From contig JBODTK010000124.1 of the NCBI GenBank assembly GCA_050613775.1, positions 372,001 to 436,000 of the forward strand: DNA of 64,000 nucleotides. Reading direction: 5' to 3'. Origin of the DNA: Neocallimastix sp. 'constans' (lineage: Eukaryota). The notes under the pieces were generated by a model. The model was given only the letters and a program-made list of their open reading frames with translations, made no database searches and was not told the DNA's origin. Position numbers and translations under genes: made by a program. Shown piece after piece: positions 24,741 through 46,905 of this stretch. Within the stretch, counting starts at the first letter, position 1. Every line of letters begins with the position of its first letter.

Positions 24741-26921
24741 AATCATCTGAAATTACTTTATATAAATAACGCTTTAAAATAACAATATTCACTCAATCAT
24801 TTATATTAATTATTTCTCAGTATCATGCTGAATATAGCAAAAAAAAAAAAAATTAATAAAAAAAATTATTAATAATAACTTAAATTATTAATTAAAATCA
24901 GTTGCAACTTTAATATTTAAATTTTCCATATATCTTCCTTATATGAAGAGCTAGAACGATTCTGAGTACATTTTCTGAAAGTACTTTGAATAAACTATAT
25001 AATGGTATTAAAATCATACTCCTAATATGAATATTAAAGGAATAATAATCATTTGAAAATGAGCACTAATTTTGATGCATTTAATTAATAATTTTTTATA
25101 ACTCAAAATTAAATAATTAATTTTATATTGATAACAATTACTATTCCGAAATATTCATAAATACTCTAATTAATTTCATAGAATAAGAAAATTTATTTTT
25201 ATTATAATAATTACGAAACAATTATATTTTTAAAACAATTTTTATATTTTTTAAAATATCATATATGTCTTAAGATATTCTTCTAAAAGAAAACAATATT
25301 AAAATAATTCTTAGCAATAATAATATTAATATAAATATTTATATCATTAGTTTTAGAATTATTTATTTCCTGTACATGAAAATTGCTCTTTTTTTAATTT
25401 AACAAAAAAGATAATTATCCAATAAAACTTTTTAAAATATATTTAACGTGTTGGATATGTATATCAAGTGAAGAGGAATATATAATAATATCGTTAAGAC
25501 ATATTTGACAATTAAATCCCTATATATTTGAAAAAAAACGTCTTGAATCAACCTTTGGAAGCATTACCAGATATTCGAAATGTCCTAAAGGATGCAGAAA
25601 GCCGTAAGGTATTAGTGGCCTTTCTTTACCATAATAAGGTTATATGAAGATTTCAAATCAAGATGAGTGAGATTGATAACGATTTCAAAGGATTCTATTA
25701 AGTCGTGGGATAGGATAACTATTCCTCACAGTTATAGCATTTATTTTTCTATAAATTGAACAGCATTTATAGAAGAAGTACTCTTCAAATTAAGATAGTA
25801 ATTTATTTTTATTTATTTTAATTTATTCAATCAATTTTATAATAATTAAATACTAAACATCTAATTTCTTTTATTTTTCTTTTATTTTCTTTTTATAGTA
25901 CTAATTTCTTCAATTGGAAGGTATATCAATAAATAGATAAAGTATTACTATTTGCTAAGTCTTTAAACCAACTTTTTAACTGAAAAAAATAATATTTAGT
26001 TCATTAGTTGATAGAAATATTATTTATTTTCAATAACAATTTAAAACACTAAATTGAATATCAAATAATAAAACCATAAAATAATTTTTTTTTTTTTATA
26101 ATTTGATTTTTATAATATTTATATTATTTGCTAAAATTTCTATTTTCAAAAAATCAAAAATCAAAAATCAAAAATTACTTAATGAGGTATCATTAAGTCT
26201 TTAATTGGAATTCCTACAAGCAGTTAAAAAAAAAAAAAATTTAAATTAAAATTAAAATAAAGCAGATTATTCTAATAACATATTTCACTATAATAAATTT
26301 TTATAATAAAACTATTATTAACTCTTCAATTTTCTTGCTATTATTCAAATAGTTAAGAAAGAACTTTTTTTTTTTAAAGAAAAAAAAAAAAAAAAATTAA
26401 ATTGAATAAATTGTAATAAACCATTAAAAATATTATTTTATATCTATAATTATATTTTATAATAAGTTACATAAATTATTTTGAATTTTTTTTTTTTTTA
26501 ATATATAATTTATTTAAAAGTATCAAAAATTTCTAAAGTTTTCTTTAAGGTAATATTTAGAGTTAAAGAAATAATGGATTTTTTTTTATGAGAATAAATT
26601 ATTCCTACTTGTAAATTAAACTAATTAAGTAAAATGAATTGCCTTCAATTAAAATAATAATAAAAAAAAAATTTAGAAAAAGGAAATCAACTTTATCTAA
26701 AAGTACAATTTGATTAAGTTAAAATATGTTAAATTCAATTGAAAAGAAATTATTAAAAAAATTTTTTTGAATCTATAATTATATATAAATTTATATATAT
26801 AAATTTAAAATAAAAAAAAATAATATATATATATATAAATATATATAAAATCTATAATGTACAAAAATGTACTAAAATATTATAATACATTAAAAAAAAA
26901 AAAAAAAATAAAATAATTAAT

Positions 26922-27144
26922 TGTTAAGTATTAGCTACATTATAATTATATAAGCCACATTATAAATACATTAGTTATTAGATAGTTATTAAATAGTTAT
27001 TATAAATCTTATTTATTATATTTTGTTAAACTGTAATATTCTTTATTATGTAATATTCATATAATTAAATATAAATAAATAAAAGCCATATTAACTATAA
27101 ATAATCATAATTGAAATTGTTAGATTTCAGTTACATTCTTAACA
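26922..27144 (+). repeat. 5' LTR of the copia element
   Basis: TG...CA termini with a TGTTAAG/CTTAACA inverted repeat; direct repeat of 32053-32306. Confidence 0.95.
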
Positions 27145-27174
27145 GATTAAGAGTCTCACTTACCTAATGAGCTA
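27145..27174 (+). promoter_or_regulatory. Primer-binding site, apparently for the 5' half of tRNA-Lys(CUU)
   Basis: GATTAAGAGTCTCA lies immediately after the LTR and is the reverse complement of UGAGACUCUUAAUC (tRNA-Lys CUU anticodon arm, recalled from eukaryotic tRNAs). There is no TGG start. Confidence 0.7.
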
Positions 27175-27350
27175 TTAGCTATAAAAATACAAAAATTAAA
27201 TTAAACAAGCTTGTTATAATTAAAATATTAAATAAATAATTTAAAATCTACAAATTCAAAAATTATTGAAATTAGATTTCAAAATTAAAATTTCAAAATT
27301 TAAATTTATTTTTTTAAAATTAATTAAAATTTAAAATTCTAAATTCCAAA

Positions 27351-30300
27351 ATGGAAAATAACAAATCTAAAAATTCAGGAAAATTTGAAGAATCATCAAC
27401 TTCACAAAACAATAATTATGAAAGTGAAGAACAAGAAATTCAAGATTATGAAAATGGTGATTTCAATTTTTTGAAAGACTTTGAAGAAAATGTAAACAAA
27501 CAAAATAATATTCCAAAGTCGAAAAGAAAACAAATTGAAGAAAATTTAAATGACTTAGAAGAAAATGTCGAAAAACAATTTTCAATCTTAGATAGAAACA
27601 CAAAGAATTTTATTAAAAGATTAAACAGAGTCAACGAAAAACTCATGAGAAGAAAGAAGTCAGATATGACAAATAAATCGGTTTTTAATTATCAAAATTT
27701 TAAATTAACTACAGAAAACTTTCCAAGATGGTATAGAGCTCTCAAACGTCACTTAACGGCATTAGATCTTATTGACTGCATCAAAAATGACATAGATATT
27801 ACAGAAATGGATGATGATGAAATCAAGGAAGACTGTGCAACCCAAACCATCATCGAAAGCAGCTTAGATTCAACTACCGCCGAACTCATTGAAGGATGTG
27901 AAACCGCCTATGAAATGATTATAAGATTAGAAAGTTACTTTTTGCAGGTTGGACCTTCAAAATTATATTAAATTGAATACCAAATCAAGAAACTAGAGGT
28001 CGAAAATAACGATATAAAACTCTATATAGACAAATTAAATTACTTGTTTCAACTTCACGATAAGGAATCAAAAAGATGTGAAAAAACAAAATTAGACGAA
28101 GAAACTAAAATTTTACTTTCAGCTGAAGAAATTGTTAAATTTGGAGTTCCTCCAGTACTTTTAGTCGAATTTAAAACCTTTGAAGAATTAAAAGAACGGA
28201 TAGCCTTGACTAGTGTTTTTATTAAAAAATACAAAGACATAAAGAAAATTGACTATAGCAACGAAACTACACAAGAGCTTTCGGTTAATAGAGTTAGAAA
28301 TGGTAAATTACCATATAAATTCAAAAATGACTCTGATAAAGATAAAGAAAAAGAAAAATATTGTCACATTTGCCATAAACACGGACACACTACCGATGAA
28401 TGTTTTTTAAATCCTAGAAGAAAAGATAGAAGAAATAATAAAAATCCTTCAAATGAAAACATCAGACACCAAGAAAGAAGCAACACAACAAGAAACAATT
28501 CAAAAAACAAAAATTATCGTTCCAATAATATAGAAGGAATTAAAAATACTACTGATTTAGAAGATTCTGATGAACCTAGCGAAGATGAAATTTTCACTGG
28601 ATTTTCAGGAAATATTAATGTTAATGCTGTTCCCAACGATACTCCTACATTTAATCAAAAGAAAGAACCAACAAGATGGATTATTGACAGCGGTACCTCA
28701 TTAAATTTAACAAAAGAAGAAAAAGACTTAGATGATACCAAAACTGTCAACAACAAATTTATCACCTATCCTGACGGAAAATCTGACAAAATTGTAAAAG
28801 TAGGAACATATAATGGTGCTATTAAAAATTTCGATTTCAAACTATCAAAAGTCCACTATGCACCAAACATCAAAAATAACTTAATTTCAACACATTATCT
28901 TGTAAGAAATAATTTTACTATTATTATCGATTTCGATGAATATTTAAATAAGGATAGACTTCAATTATTCAAAAACAATAAACCAGTTGCGAAAATTTAT
29001 GCCGACAAAGAAAATCTCTTCTCATTATACACTACTCCCTTTAAAATGTATAAATCTTTAAATATTGATATTAGCAATTTCGATTATGATCTTTGGCATG
29101 CACGATTAGGTCACTTCAACAATAATAAAGATATTGAAAAATTTGTTTTAAACCACACGTGTATTCACAACAAAAAGGACTGCACTCAATGTAAAATCAG
29201 CAAAATGAGAAGAAAACCACTTTATTTAATTGAAAACAGTACCACACAACCACTACAACTTGTACACTCCGATGTAGTTGGTAAATTAAAAACATCCTAT
29301 AACGATTTCAATTACTACGTAACTTTTATGGATGACTATAGTAGAAAATGCTGGATTTACCTTTTAAAAAATAAATCTGATGTTTATAACGCATTTATTA
29401 AATTTCACAAATTAATGAATAATACTACTGAATTTACAATTAAAACTTTAAAAACCGACAATGGAACCGAATACACAAATGAAAATTTCAACAAGTATCT
29501 TTCCGAAAATGGTATAAATATTAATTCATTCAACTCCTGGCTACCCACAACAAAATGGCCGTTCAGAACGAATTAATCAAACTCTTAATAATTGTGCAAC
29601 CATGTTACTTAATTCTGCCAAATTACCTCTTAATTTTTGGGATTCTGCTATTCTATGCGCATGTCGTTTATATAACCTTAATCCTCATCAAGGTAATAAT
29701 TCAAAAATCCCAGATGAAGTTTTCTTCAACAAACCTATTGATATTTCACACTTACGTGTTTTTGGTTGCAGAGTATATTTCTACAATAATCATAAAAAGA
29801 ATAAATTTGAAAATAATTCTAAACCTGGAATTTTCCTTGGTTATGCTTCAGACTCTACTGTTTACCGTATTTTAGATTTATCTTCTAACTGTATTGTATC
29901 AGCTAGAGACGTTTATTTCTTGGAAAATATTCCTGGAACTATTAATACTACCTTTCTATCAGAAGAATATATTAATTCTATTTTTCCTTCGAATTATTCA
30001 ATTGAGGGGGAAAAAGGCAGTTATGATCAATTAAATAATTCAAATAATTCAAATAATAACAACTGAGAAATTATTAATGGCAATAATAAAATTATATTAA
30101 ACAATAACAACAATAACATTAATAACAATATTAATAATAATATGAATTTGAATAAAAAACATGAAAACTTAAACACAAATCAAAACTCTGATATATTAAT
30201 TGATAAAAGTTCAAACAACAATTTAAATAATTCTAATAGTAATGATATGGCTATAAATATTCAAGATAATAACAAAAATAATTTAGAAAATAATGAAATG

Positions 30301-31929
30301 GAAAATACCGATACTCATAAAAATAATAACAAAAGAAAATTCATTGATTTAAATGAAAAAGAAAATACAAATGATAATGAACAATTAACAATAAAGAAAA
30401 ACAAAGTATTACTAATTAAAACAGTTAATCCCAAGAGTTATGATGAAGCAATAAATTCTAACGATTCAAATAAATGGAAAGATGCAATTAAAAAAGAAAT
30501 CAATAATATGTATGAACAAAAAGTAATGAGAATAGTTAATAATATTCCTAAAGATACTACTTTAATTGATACTAGATGGGTATTTACTACTAAAGATAAT
30601 GGTGTTAAAAGAGCAAGATTAGTTGCTCGTGGATTCAAACAGAGAAAAGGTGTTAACTATACATCAACATATTCACCAACAATTGAAGCAGATAGTTTAA
30701 GAATTGCAATTGCCATCGCATCACAATACAAATGGAACTTAAGACAAATGGATATAAAGGCAGCTTATTTAAATGCCAAATTAGAAGAAGAAATATACGT
30801 GGACATACCAGAAGGAGATAAAAATTATAATTCTGGAAAATATTGGATATTAAATAAGGCTCTATATGGTTTGAAACAAGCCGGAAGACAATGGTATAAA
30901 GAAATATCAAGTTATTTAAAAAATATTGGCTTAAAATAATTGAGTATTGATCAATGTTTATTTACAAAATATCACAATGGAAATTTATGTGCTATATTAT
31001 GTCTTTATGTTGATGATATCTTACTTACTGGAGAAGATAAAGAAATTAAATATATAAGCAATAAATTAAAAGAAAAATATAAAATTTCAAAAGACACGGA
31101 AGCTAACAAAATTATAGGAATAAATATTTTTAAAACTGAAGAAGGATATAAAATTAATCAACAAGACTACATTGAAAAATTAATTAAGAATTACAAAATG
31201 AATAAGACAAAACCAATTAACAACCCATGTAGAAAAATTACTTTAGAAGAAAGAGAAAATTCAACACCAGTAAACGTAACAGATTATAAATCTATTATTG
31301 GTGCTTTATTATTTGTTTCAACAAAAACAAGACCAGACATCTCATTTGCAGTTAATCAAGCTGCAAGACACGCCGAAAACCCAACAGAAGTTGATCTAAA
31401 ATCAGCATTGATGATCTTAAGATATTTAAAATCTACTAAAGAAAAATCTATTTATTACTATGGAAGTAAAAATTTAATTGCCTACTCAGACGCTGATTTC
31501 GCTGGCGAAGAAGAAACAAGAAAATCTACCAGTGGATACATTTTCTTATTTGGAAAAAGTCCAATTTCATAGAAATCTGAAACTCAGAAGAGCATCACAT
31601 TATCAACCACTGAAGCAGAATATGTTGCATTAACTGAATGTGCAAAACAAGGAATGAAATTAAAGAAATTACTAAAAGAAATATTCAATAAAGAAATTAA
31701 TTTAAAAATTAAAATTGATAATAAATCTTGTAAAAATATCGCTGAAAATGAAAATACAAAAGGTAGATGTAAACACATGGACATTGATTATAAATACATT
31801 CAAGAAAAAATAAACAGAAAAGAAATAAATTTAGAACATATATCCTCCGATACTATGTTAGCTGATCCTTTAACTAAAGTAATATCTGGACCAAAAATGA
31901 AATGTTTTACTGATTTTATTTTCAATTAA
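27351..31929 (+). pseudogene. Copia gag-pol polyprotein with four in-frame stops and one frameshift
   Basis: Stops at 27969 (TAA), 30064 (TGA), 30937 (TAA) and 31570 (TAG, at the conserved ISW). Frameshift at about 29520, before HSTPGYPQQNGRSER. Confidence 0.9.
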
Positions 31930-32052
31930 AAAAAAAAAAAAAAAAAAAATTTTATTATTAAAAATTTACTATAAAAAAAAAAAAAAAAAAAAAAAAAAAT
32001 TTATTAAAACTTTATTTTTTATATTATTACCAAATGCATAATGTAGGGGGAA

Positions 32053-32306
32053 TGTTAAGTATTAGCTACATTATAATTATACATTATACATTGTAATATT
32101 AATACGCCACAATAAGCCACATTATAAATACATTAGTTATTAGATAGTTATTAAATAGTTATTATAAATCTTATTTATTATATTTTGTTAAACTGTAATA
32201 TTCTTTATTATGTAATATTCATATAATTAAATATAAATAAATAAAAGCCATATTAACTATAAATAATCATAATTGAAATTGTTAGATTTCAGTTACATTC
32301 TTAACA
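32053..32306 (+). repeat. 3' LTR of the copia element
   Basis: Matches the 5' LTR by eye except for 31 extra bp near its start. Confidence 0.95.
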
Positions 32307-33380
32307 TTAATACTATTATTTAATATTAAATTTTTTAATAATATTATTATTATTATATTAAATATATTTTAGATTAGTATTAACAATTTAATTATAACAT
32401 ATAAAATAGAAATATAATTTATTATATTTGATATATTATTTAAAATTAAAATAAAGTTTATTAATCCAATTTAAAATAATTAAAAATTAATAGTTTAAAA
32501 AAAAAATAATAAAATAACAAAAATAATATATTATTATATTAAAATAATAAAATATTATTTTATATTATTATATATTATTTATATTATAAAATATTACCTA
32601 TTTAAATAGTATAATATTTATTTAATTATTTTTAAGTTTCATGGAATAAATTATTCTAAAAAATTTTTATCCTTTCTCTATTTAATATAATTATTTTACT
32701 AATTTTTTTTTTTTTTTTTTTAAATTAACAATATTTAATATTTATTTACATATAAATTTTAAATGTCAATAATAATATAATAGAGTAATAAAATATATAT
32801 AATAAACATATAATAAACATATAAATAATATATAATAAATATATAATAAAAATATAATATAATTCCCAAATTTTATTTAATATATTTTAAATTTCATACT
32901 TTTTTTTGTAATTTATTAAGATTTTAGATGATATTTTTATTTAATTTGGTAAACCCTTTTTTTATAAAAATAATGTAAGGTTTTTCTTTTTATATCATAT
33001 TACAATTACATACAATCATTAAAAGACATTTTACATAAAATATATAAATGTAGTGAAACTACATTTCTAATACATAAATTTATAAAATACTTTATTAATA
33101 TAATATTTAAAATATAATTAATCATAAGAAAATAAATAATATTAAACTTTATTTTCAACACTTTTTAATTATATTAAATAATATAATATTTTCATATCAG
33201 CCAATTACTGGTATATATATATTATTATACTATTTATTAATTGTTTATATATATTATAATCATTGCATAATTATTGGTTAGATTTTATTAAAGGATTTTT
33301 TATTATCAGATGTAAAAAATAATAATAATAATAATAATAATAAAATTTGTTAAAAAAAATATATCCAATTTAATAAACAA

Positions 33381-33411
<31 letters not shown>

Positions 33412-33462
33412 TATATTTAAATTTAAAATAGTGAGATATATGTAATATAGAAATAAATAAAA

Positions 33463-34917
33463 ATGGGTAATAAAGAGAGAATATTTACAAAATCATTCTT
33501 TTTGTTATTTGGAGGTTTACTTTTTACCTCTCTTGTAATGTATGCTCTTATGTCTACTGTCACTGAATTTGCAACTTCATTGGGAACCAATGCAACTGTT
33601 GCAGGTTTAGTTTCTGGTATATATATTTTTGGTGGTCTTTGTTCAAGAGTTTATTCTGGAAATGCTTTAGGAAAAAAAAGTTGGAGAAAAATTGCTTTAA
33701 CTTTTTTAACTATTCACTTTTTAGCTTGTCTTCTATACTTTTTAGTTAATAATGTTATATTTCTTATAATTGTAAGATTTATTCATGGAGTAGGTTTTGG
33801 TGCTTCTTCTAATTCGATTATTACTTTAGCTTCAGCTGTTCTTCCTAAACAACGTTTTGGTGAAGCATTTGGTTATTTAATGCTTGGAACTACAATTGCT
33901 GTTGGATTAGGTCCATATGTTAGTGGTATTCTTTATGATAATTTTTCATCAGTTGGTTGTTTTGTAGCTGCTAGTGCTTTCTCAGCAACAGCATTAATTT
34001 GTATGTTCATACTTGATATAAATAAATATGATCCTAAATATTCAAAATCAAAGAAAGAAAAAAGTGAAGTTATTGAAGTTAAAGTAATCCAAGATAATGA
34101 AATAAGTGATGATATTACCATAATTGATGATAATAAAGAAAAGGAAGAAATTAAAGAAAGAAAGAATATTAAAGAGAAAAATTCAAAAACATTGGAAGAT
34201 ACTGAAATTAACACAAATGTTGGTGAAGATATTACAGAAAGAGAAGAAATCAAAGAAAATGAAGAAACTGAAATAAAAGAAAATAACAAAGAAAATGAAA
34301 TTATAAAAGAAAAAGAAGATATTAAACCAGAAAACAAAAAATCATATGGTATTATTGAAAAGGTATTTGAAATTGGTGCAATCCCAATTTCATTTACAAT
34401 TGCACTTACAAGTTTGGGTTATGTATCCATTTTATCATTTTATAGACTTTATGCAGATGAAGTTAAATTAACATCTGCATTTTCATGGTTTTTCATATTA
34501 TATTCAGTTGTTTTAGTTATCTCAAGACCTATTGCAGGTAAAATTCAAGATAAAAATGGAGATAAATTAATTTGTGTCATCGGAATTATTGCACAATCTG
34601 TTGGTTTGGCATTAATTGCTCATATACCAAATACTATAACTGTATTAATTTGTGCTGTTTGTGCTGCACTTGGATTTGGTACTTTAAATTCAGCAGCAAC
34701 TGCAATTGTTACAAGAAAAGCACCAAAAAGTCGTAGTTCATATGCCATTTCAACATTATTTATTTTCTGTGATGCCACCATGGGTTTTGGACCAGCTCTT
34801 TTAGGAAGTTTTGTTTCTGCAAAATCAGGTTATGCTCCAGTATACTATATCTCATCAGTAATTACAATAGTTGCATTACCAATTTGTTTATTAGCTTTGA
34901 GAAAAAAGAATAATTAA
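33463..34917 (+). CDS. Major facilitator superfamily transporter, intronless, bacterial-type
   Basis: Two bundles of about six hydrophobic helices, with RFIHGVGFG and RPIAGKIQDKNG motifs. A Glu/Lys-rich central loop of about 110 aa separates them. Confidence 0.9.
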   Translation: MGNKERIFTKSFFLLFGGLLFTSLVMYALMSTVTEFATSLGTNATVAGLVSGIYIFGGLCSRVYSGNALGKKSWRKIALTFLTIHFLACLLYFLVNNVIFLIIVRFIHGVGFGASSNSIITLASAVLPKQRFGEAFGYLMLGTTIAVGLGPYVSGILYDNFSSVGCFVAASAFSATALICMFILDINKYDPKYSKSKKEKSEVIEVKVIQDNEISDDITIIDDNKEKEEIKERKNIKEKNSKTLEDTEINTNVGEDITEREEIKENEETEIKENNKENEIIKEKEDIKPENKKSYGIIEKVFEIGAIPISFTIALTSLGYVSILSFYRLYADEVKLTSAFSWFFILYSVVLVISRPIAGKIQDKNGDKLICVIGIIAQSVGLALIAHIPNTITVLICAVCAALGFGTLNSAATAIVTRKAPKSRSSYAISTLFIFCDATMGFGPALLGSFVSAKSGYAPVYYISSVITIVALPICLLALRKKNN

Positions 34918-35471
34918 AATTAAAAATTTTTTTTTTATTATTTTTTTTTATTGAAATTAACTTTTTTAAAAAAAAAAAAAAAAAAAAAGAATTTTTAAAT
35001 CTATTTTTATAAATGAAATTAAATTTAATTGTTTTCAAATTATATAGACAAATTAAAAAATAGTAATTGAGATTGCTTTCAAATTTATTAATAATATAAT
35101 ATGGAATAATGGTAATTATTTAAAAAAAATATTATATATATTGAAATTATTTATTTATTTTTATTATTTATTAATTATTATATTTTATTAAATTAAATAT
35201 AACTTTAAAATATAAATTTATTTATTTTTATTATAAAAAAATTATAATTTTAATTTGAAAAGGAAGGGAATATCTTATTAATTCAATATGAATAATGGAT
35301 AATATTAAAATATTTAATAAAGAAATAATTAAATCTTTATTTATTTTTTTTTTTTGTCATAGTTATAATAAAACAATTTATTATAACCCTTTTTTTACAA
35401 AGAATATACCAACATAATTAAAAAAAAAATATCACTCAAGCAATTTATATTTTGTTCAAGTATTAAAATTC

Positions 35472-35503
<32 letters not shown>

Positions 35504-37416
35504 CTACACCTTTTTCATATTTTTTTTTATATTTAGTTTACTAATCTTTTGAATGTTTCATAACATCATTCATATTATATATTTATAATATTTTAAAAAA
35601 CAGAACAATTCATTTTTGAAATTTCATTTTCAAAGGAACAATTTTCAATGATCTCATTTAATATTTATTCAATTACACAAGTTAATACATCTCATTATTC
35701 AGTATATTCAATCTATTATAAAATATATATAAATTAGAAAATTACATTCATTTTGAACTTTGTTTCTATGAATTAAAAAAAAAGTTAGGTATAAAATTTT
35801 AGAGAATTCTAATTGAATTATAATATAAATAAATAATAAATAAATAAATAATAAAAAGTAAATAAATAAAAAAAATTAAATAAAATATAACCCATAAATA
35901 GAAATGAAAGATAAATAAATAAATAGAAATGAAAAAAAAAAAATAAATTAATAAATAAATAGAAATGTATAAAAAAAAATAATGAAAATAAAAAATAATG
36001 AAAATAAAAAAATAAAAAAAATAAATTATAAAATATAAAAAATAAAAAATATAAATAATAAAAATAAATATATAATAAATATATAATATAGGGGGGAGTT
36101 TACATTGTGAAGGTATAAAAATCTTATAATATTACTATAAAAATATTTTACCAAAAATTATTATAATATATATATAGATATTAAAAAAAAAAAAAAAAAG
36201 AAATATTTAATATAATTATATATAAACGAAAAAAAAAAAAAAAAAAAAAAATTGTTTTTTAACTTATTTTGTGATATTTACAAATACATTTTAAAAGTGA
36301 AAATTATATGATATGTAATTTTGTACGTATACATATTTATATTTTTATTAAAGGAAACCTTGGTTAATCCTATGAATTTCTCACAAAGAAATAATAAGTA
36401 AATAAAAAAAAATTATATAAATATCAATCTAAAAATATAAAAAAAAAAAAATATTTATAAAGAAAAAAAATATAATAAATAAAGATAATAATTATATTAA
36501 ATATAATAATAATTATTATGATTTAAAAAATTCTTCCTGAAGAATATAATATAATCAATATATAATATTTTATTTAATTTGAATTTTATGATTTGGTTCA
36601 ATTTTTTTTTTTTTTTAATTCATTGTCAGTTTATATATTGTATTAACACAAGTATTAAAAAAATAAAAACACTATTTCAAAAATAAATTATAAATTAAAG
36701 TTTTAGATGGAATACTAAACAAAATGGTAGAATGACCTATAACCATTTAGATAAATAAATAAATTTTTATATTTTTATTTTTTAATTTTTTTTAATTTTT
36801 TATTTATATATATATTATACATATATACATATATACATATATATATGTATTTTTTTTTTATTTTTCATTTTATTTTTTTTTTAAAACACAAAATTTTTTA
36901 AAATAATTTTCATATATTTTTAAAAAAAAAAAAATAGGTAGTGGATATAACGTTGGATATATTGTACTATTTTAATTAACTATTTTAATTTAAATTTTAA
37001 TACATCAAAAAAGAAAAAAAAAAAAAAAAAAAATACCAATAAAAATAAAAATAAATAAATAAATAAATAATAAATAAATAATAAATAGTTAAAATTAAAT
37101 AATATTATATACTTTTTTATTTTTTTTATTGATGAACGAATTAATATAAATATATAGATAAAAAAATTTTTTTTTTTTTTATAAAGATTTATTTAAATAA
37201 TGATATTATTTATATATGTATTATAAGAGTTATAAGAGATTATAAAATAATAATAATAAAAAAAAAGTTTTTTTTTTTTATTTTTTTTTTATATTTTTTT
37301 TATTTTTTATTTTTCATTTTTTATTTTTCATTTTTATTTTATTTTATTTTATTTTATTTTATATTACTTTATTTCATTTTATTATTTTTATTTTTATTTT
37401 TATTTTATATTATTTT

Positions 37417-42188
<4,772 letters not shown>

Positions 42189-43256
42189 TATTATATTAGA
42201 TTATTCATTAAATTATATATTAAAAAAAAAAAAATAAAAATAAAAATAAAAATAAAAATTCAAATATTTAATTATTTTAATTAATAATCCTCTTTCGAAG
42301 ATGTTTATATTTCTGTATTAGTTTTTTTTTTTTTTTTTTTTTATTATCTTTTAAAATTATAATAAGAATTTTTAATTATTATGGATTATAAATTTTTAAT
42401 AATAATTTAATAAGAAATTAATATAATTAATAAATTATCTATATATATATATTTATCTACTTATTTGTTTATTTATTTATTTGTTTGTTTATTTTTATTC
42501 TATTTATTTTTCATAATCATTATTAAATTATTATTTATTTATTTATTTATTTATTTATTCATTCAATTATATTAATCAATATGTTTTTTATTTTTTAATT
42601 CATTAATTTATTTTTATTATTTATTTATTTATTTATTTATATTCATCTATATGTATTTATTTATTTTTTAATTCATTAATTTATTTATTTTTAATTTATT
42701 TATTTTTTTATTATTTGTTTATTTATTTATTTATTGTTTATTAATTATATATTATATGCTTATTATTAAGTATTTAAACTTTTAGATATTAAATAATTAA
42801 TATATATATATATATATAAAATAAAATAAGAATTTAAAAAAAAAAAAAACTTATAAATACCATTAAATAGAAAAAATAAAATAGAAAAAAAAAAAAAACA
42901 TGATTAAAAATAAAAATATATTAAAAAAAATATATATATATATATATATAAATCCCTTTTATACTCATTTAATTTTAATAATAATATATATATATAATAA
43001 TTACTTTTATAATATATTGAAATTATAAGCTTTATTATTCATAATTATAATAGTTATTCATTTTATTTGAATATATCATGTATATATATTCTACTTTAAT
43101 CATATTAAAATTAAAAGTATCGTTATTAAATGTATTTTATTATTATTTTATTTTTTTTTTTAAAAAAAAAAAATCTAAATGTATAGTATTAATAGAAAAT
43201 AAAAAATAAAAAAAGAAAAAAAGAAAAAAAGAAAAAAATAATATATATTTATTTAT

Positions 43257-46905
<3,649 letters not shown>

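Larger units (their letters stand above)
26922..32306 (+). mobile_element. Full-length Ty1/copia LTR retrotransposon (coding-defective)
   Basis: LTRs at 26922-27144 and 32053-32306 (TGTTAAG...CTTAACA), 5-bp TSD TTAAT, and polypurine tract AGGGGGAA before the 3' LTR. Domain order is gag (CHICHKHGHTTDEC), PR (WIIDSGTS), IN (LWHARLGH, LVHSD, DDYSRK, TDNGTEY), RT (RARLVARGF, LYVDD), RH (YSDADFA, ADPLTK). Confidence 0.97.

Noticed and set aside
27969..27971. Possible programmed gag-pol readthrough stop
   Set aside because: It lies in the middle of gag, before the zinc knuckle, and three more stops and a frameshift follow, so decay is the simpler explanation.
36090..36115. GGGGGGAGTTTACATT as a possible MULE terminus or polypurine tract
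   Set aside because: No partner inverted repeat, LTR or TSD was found.
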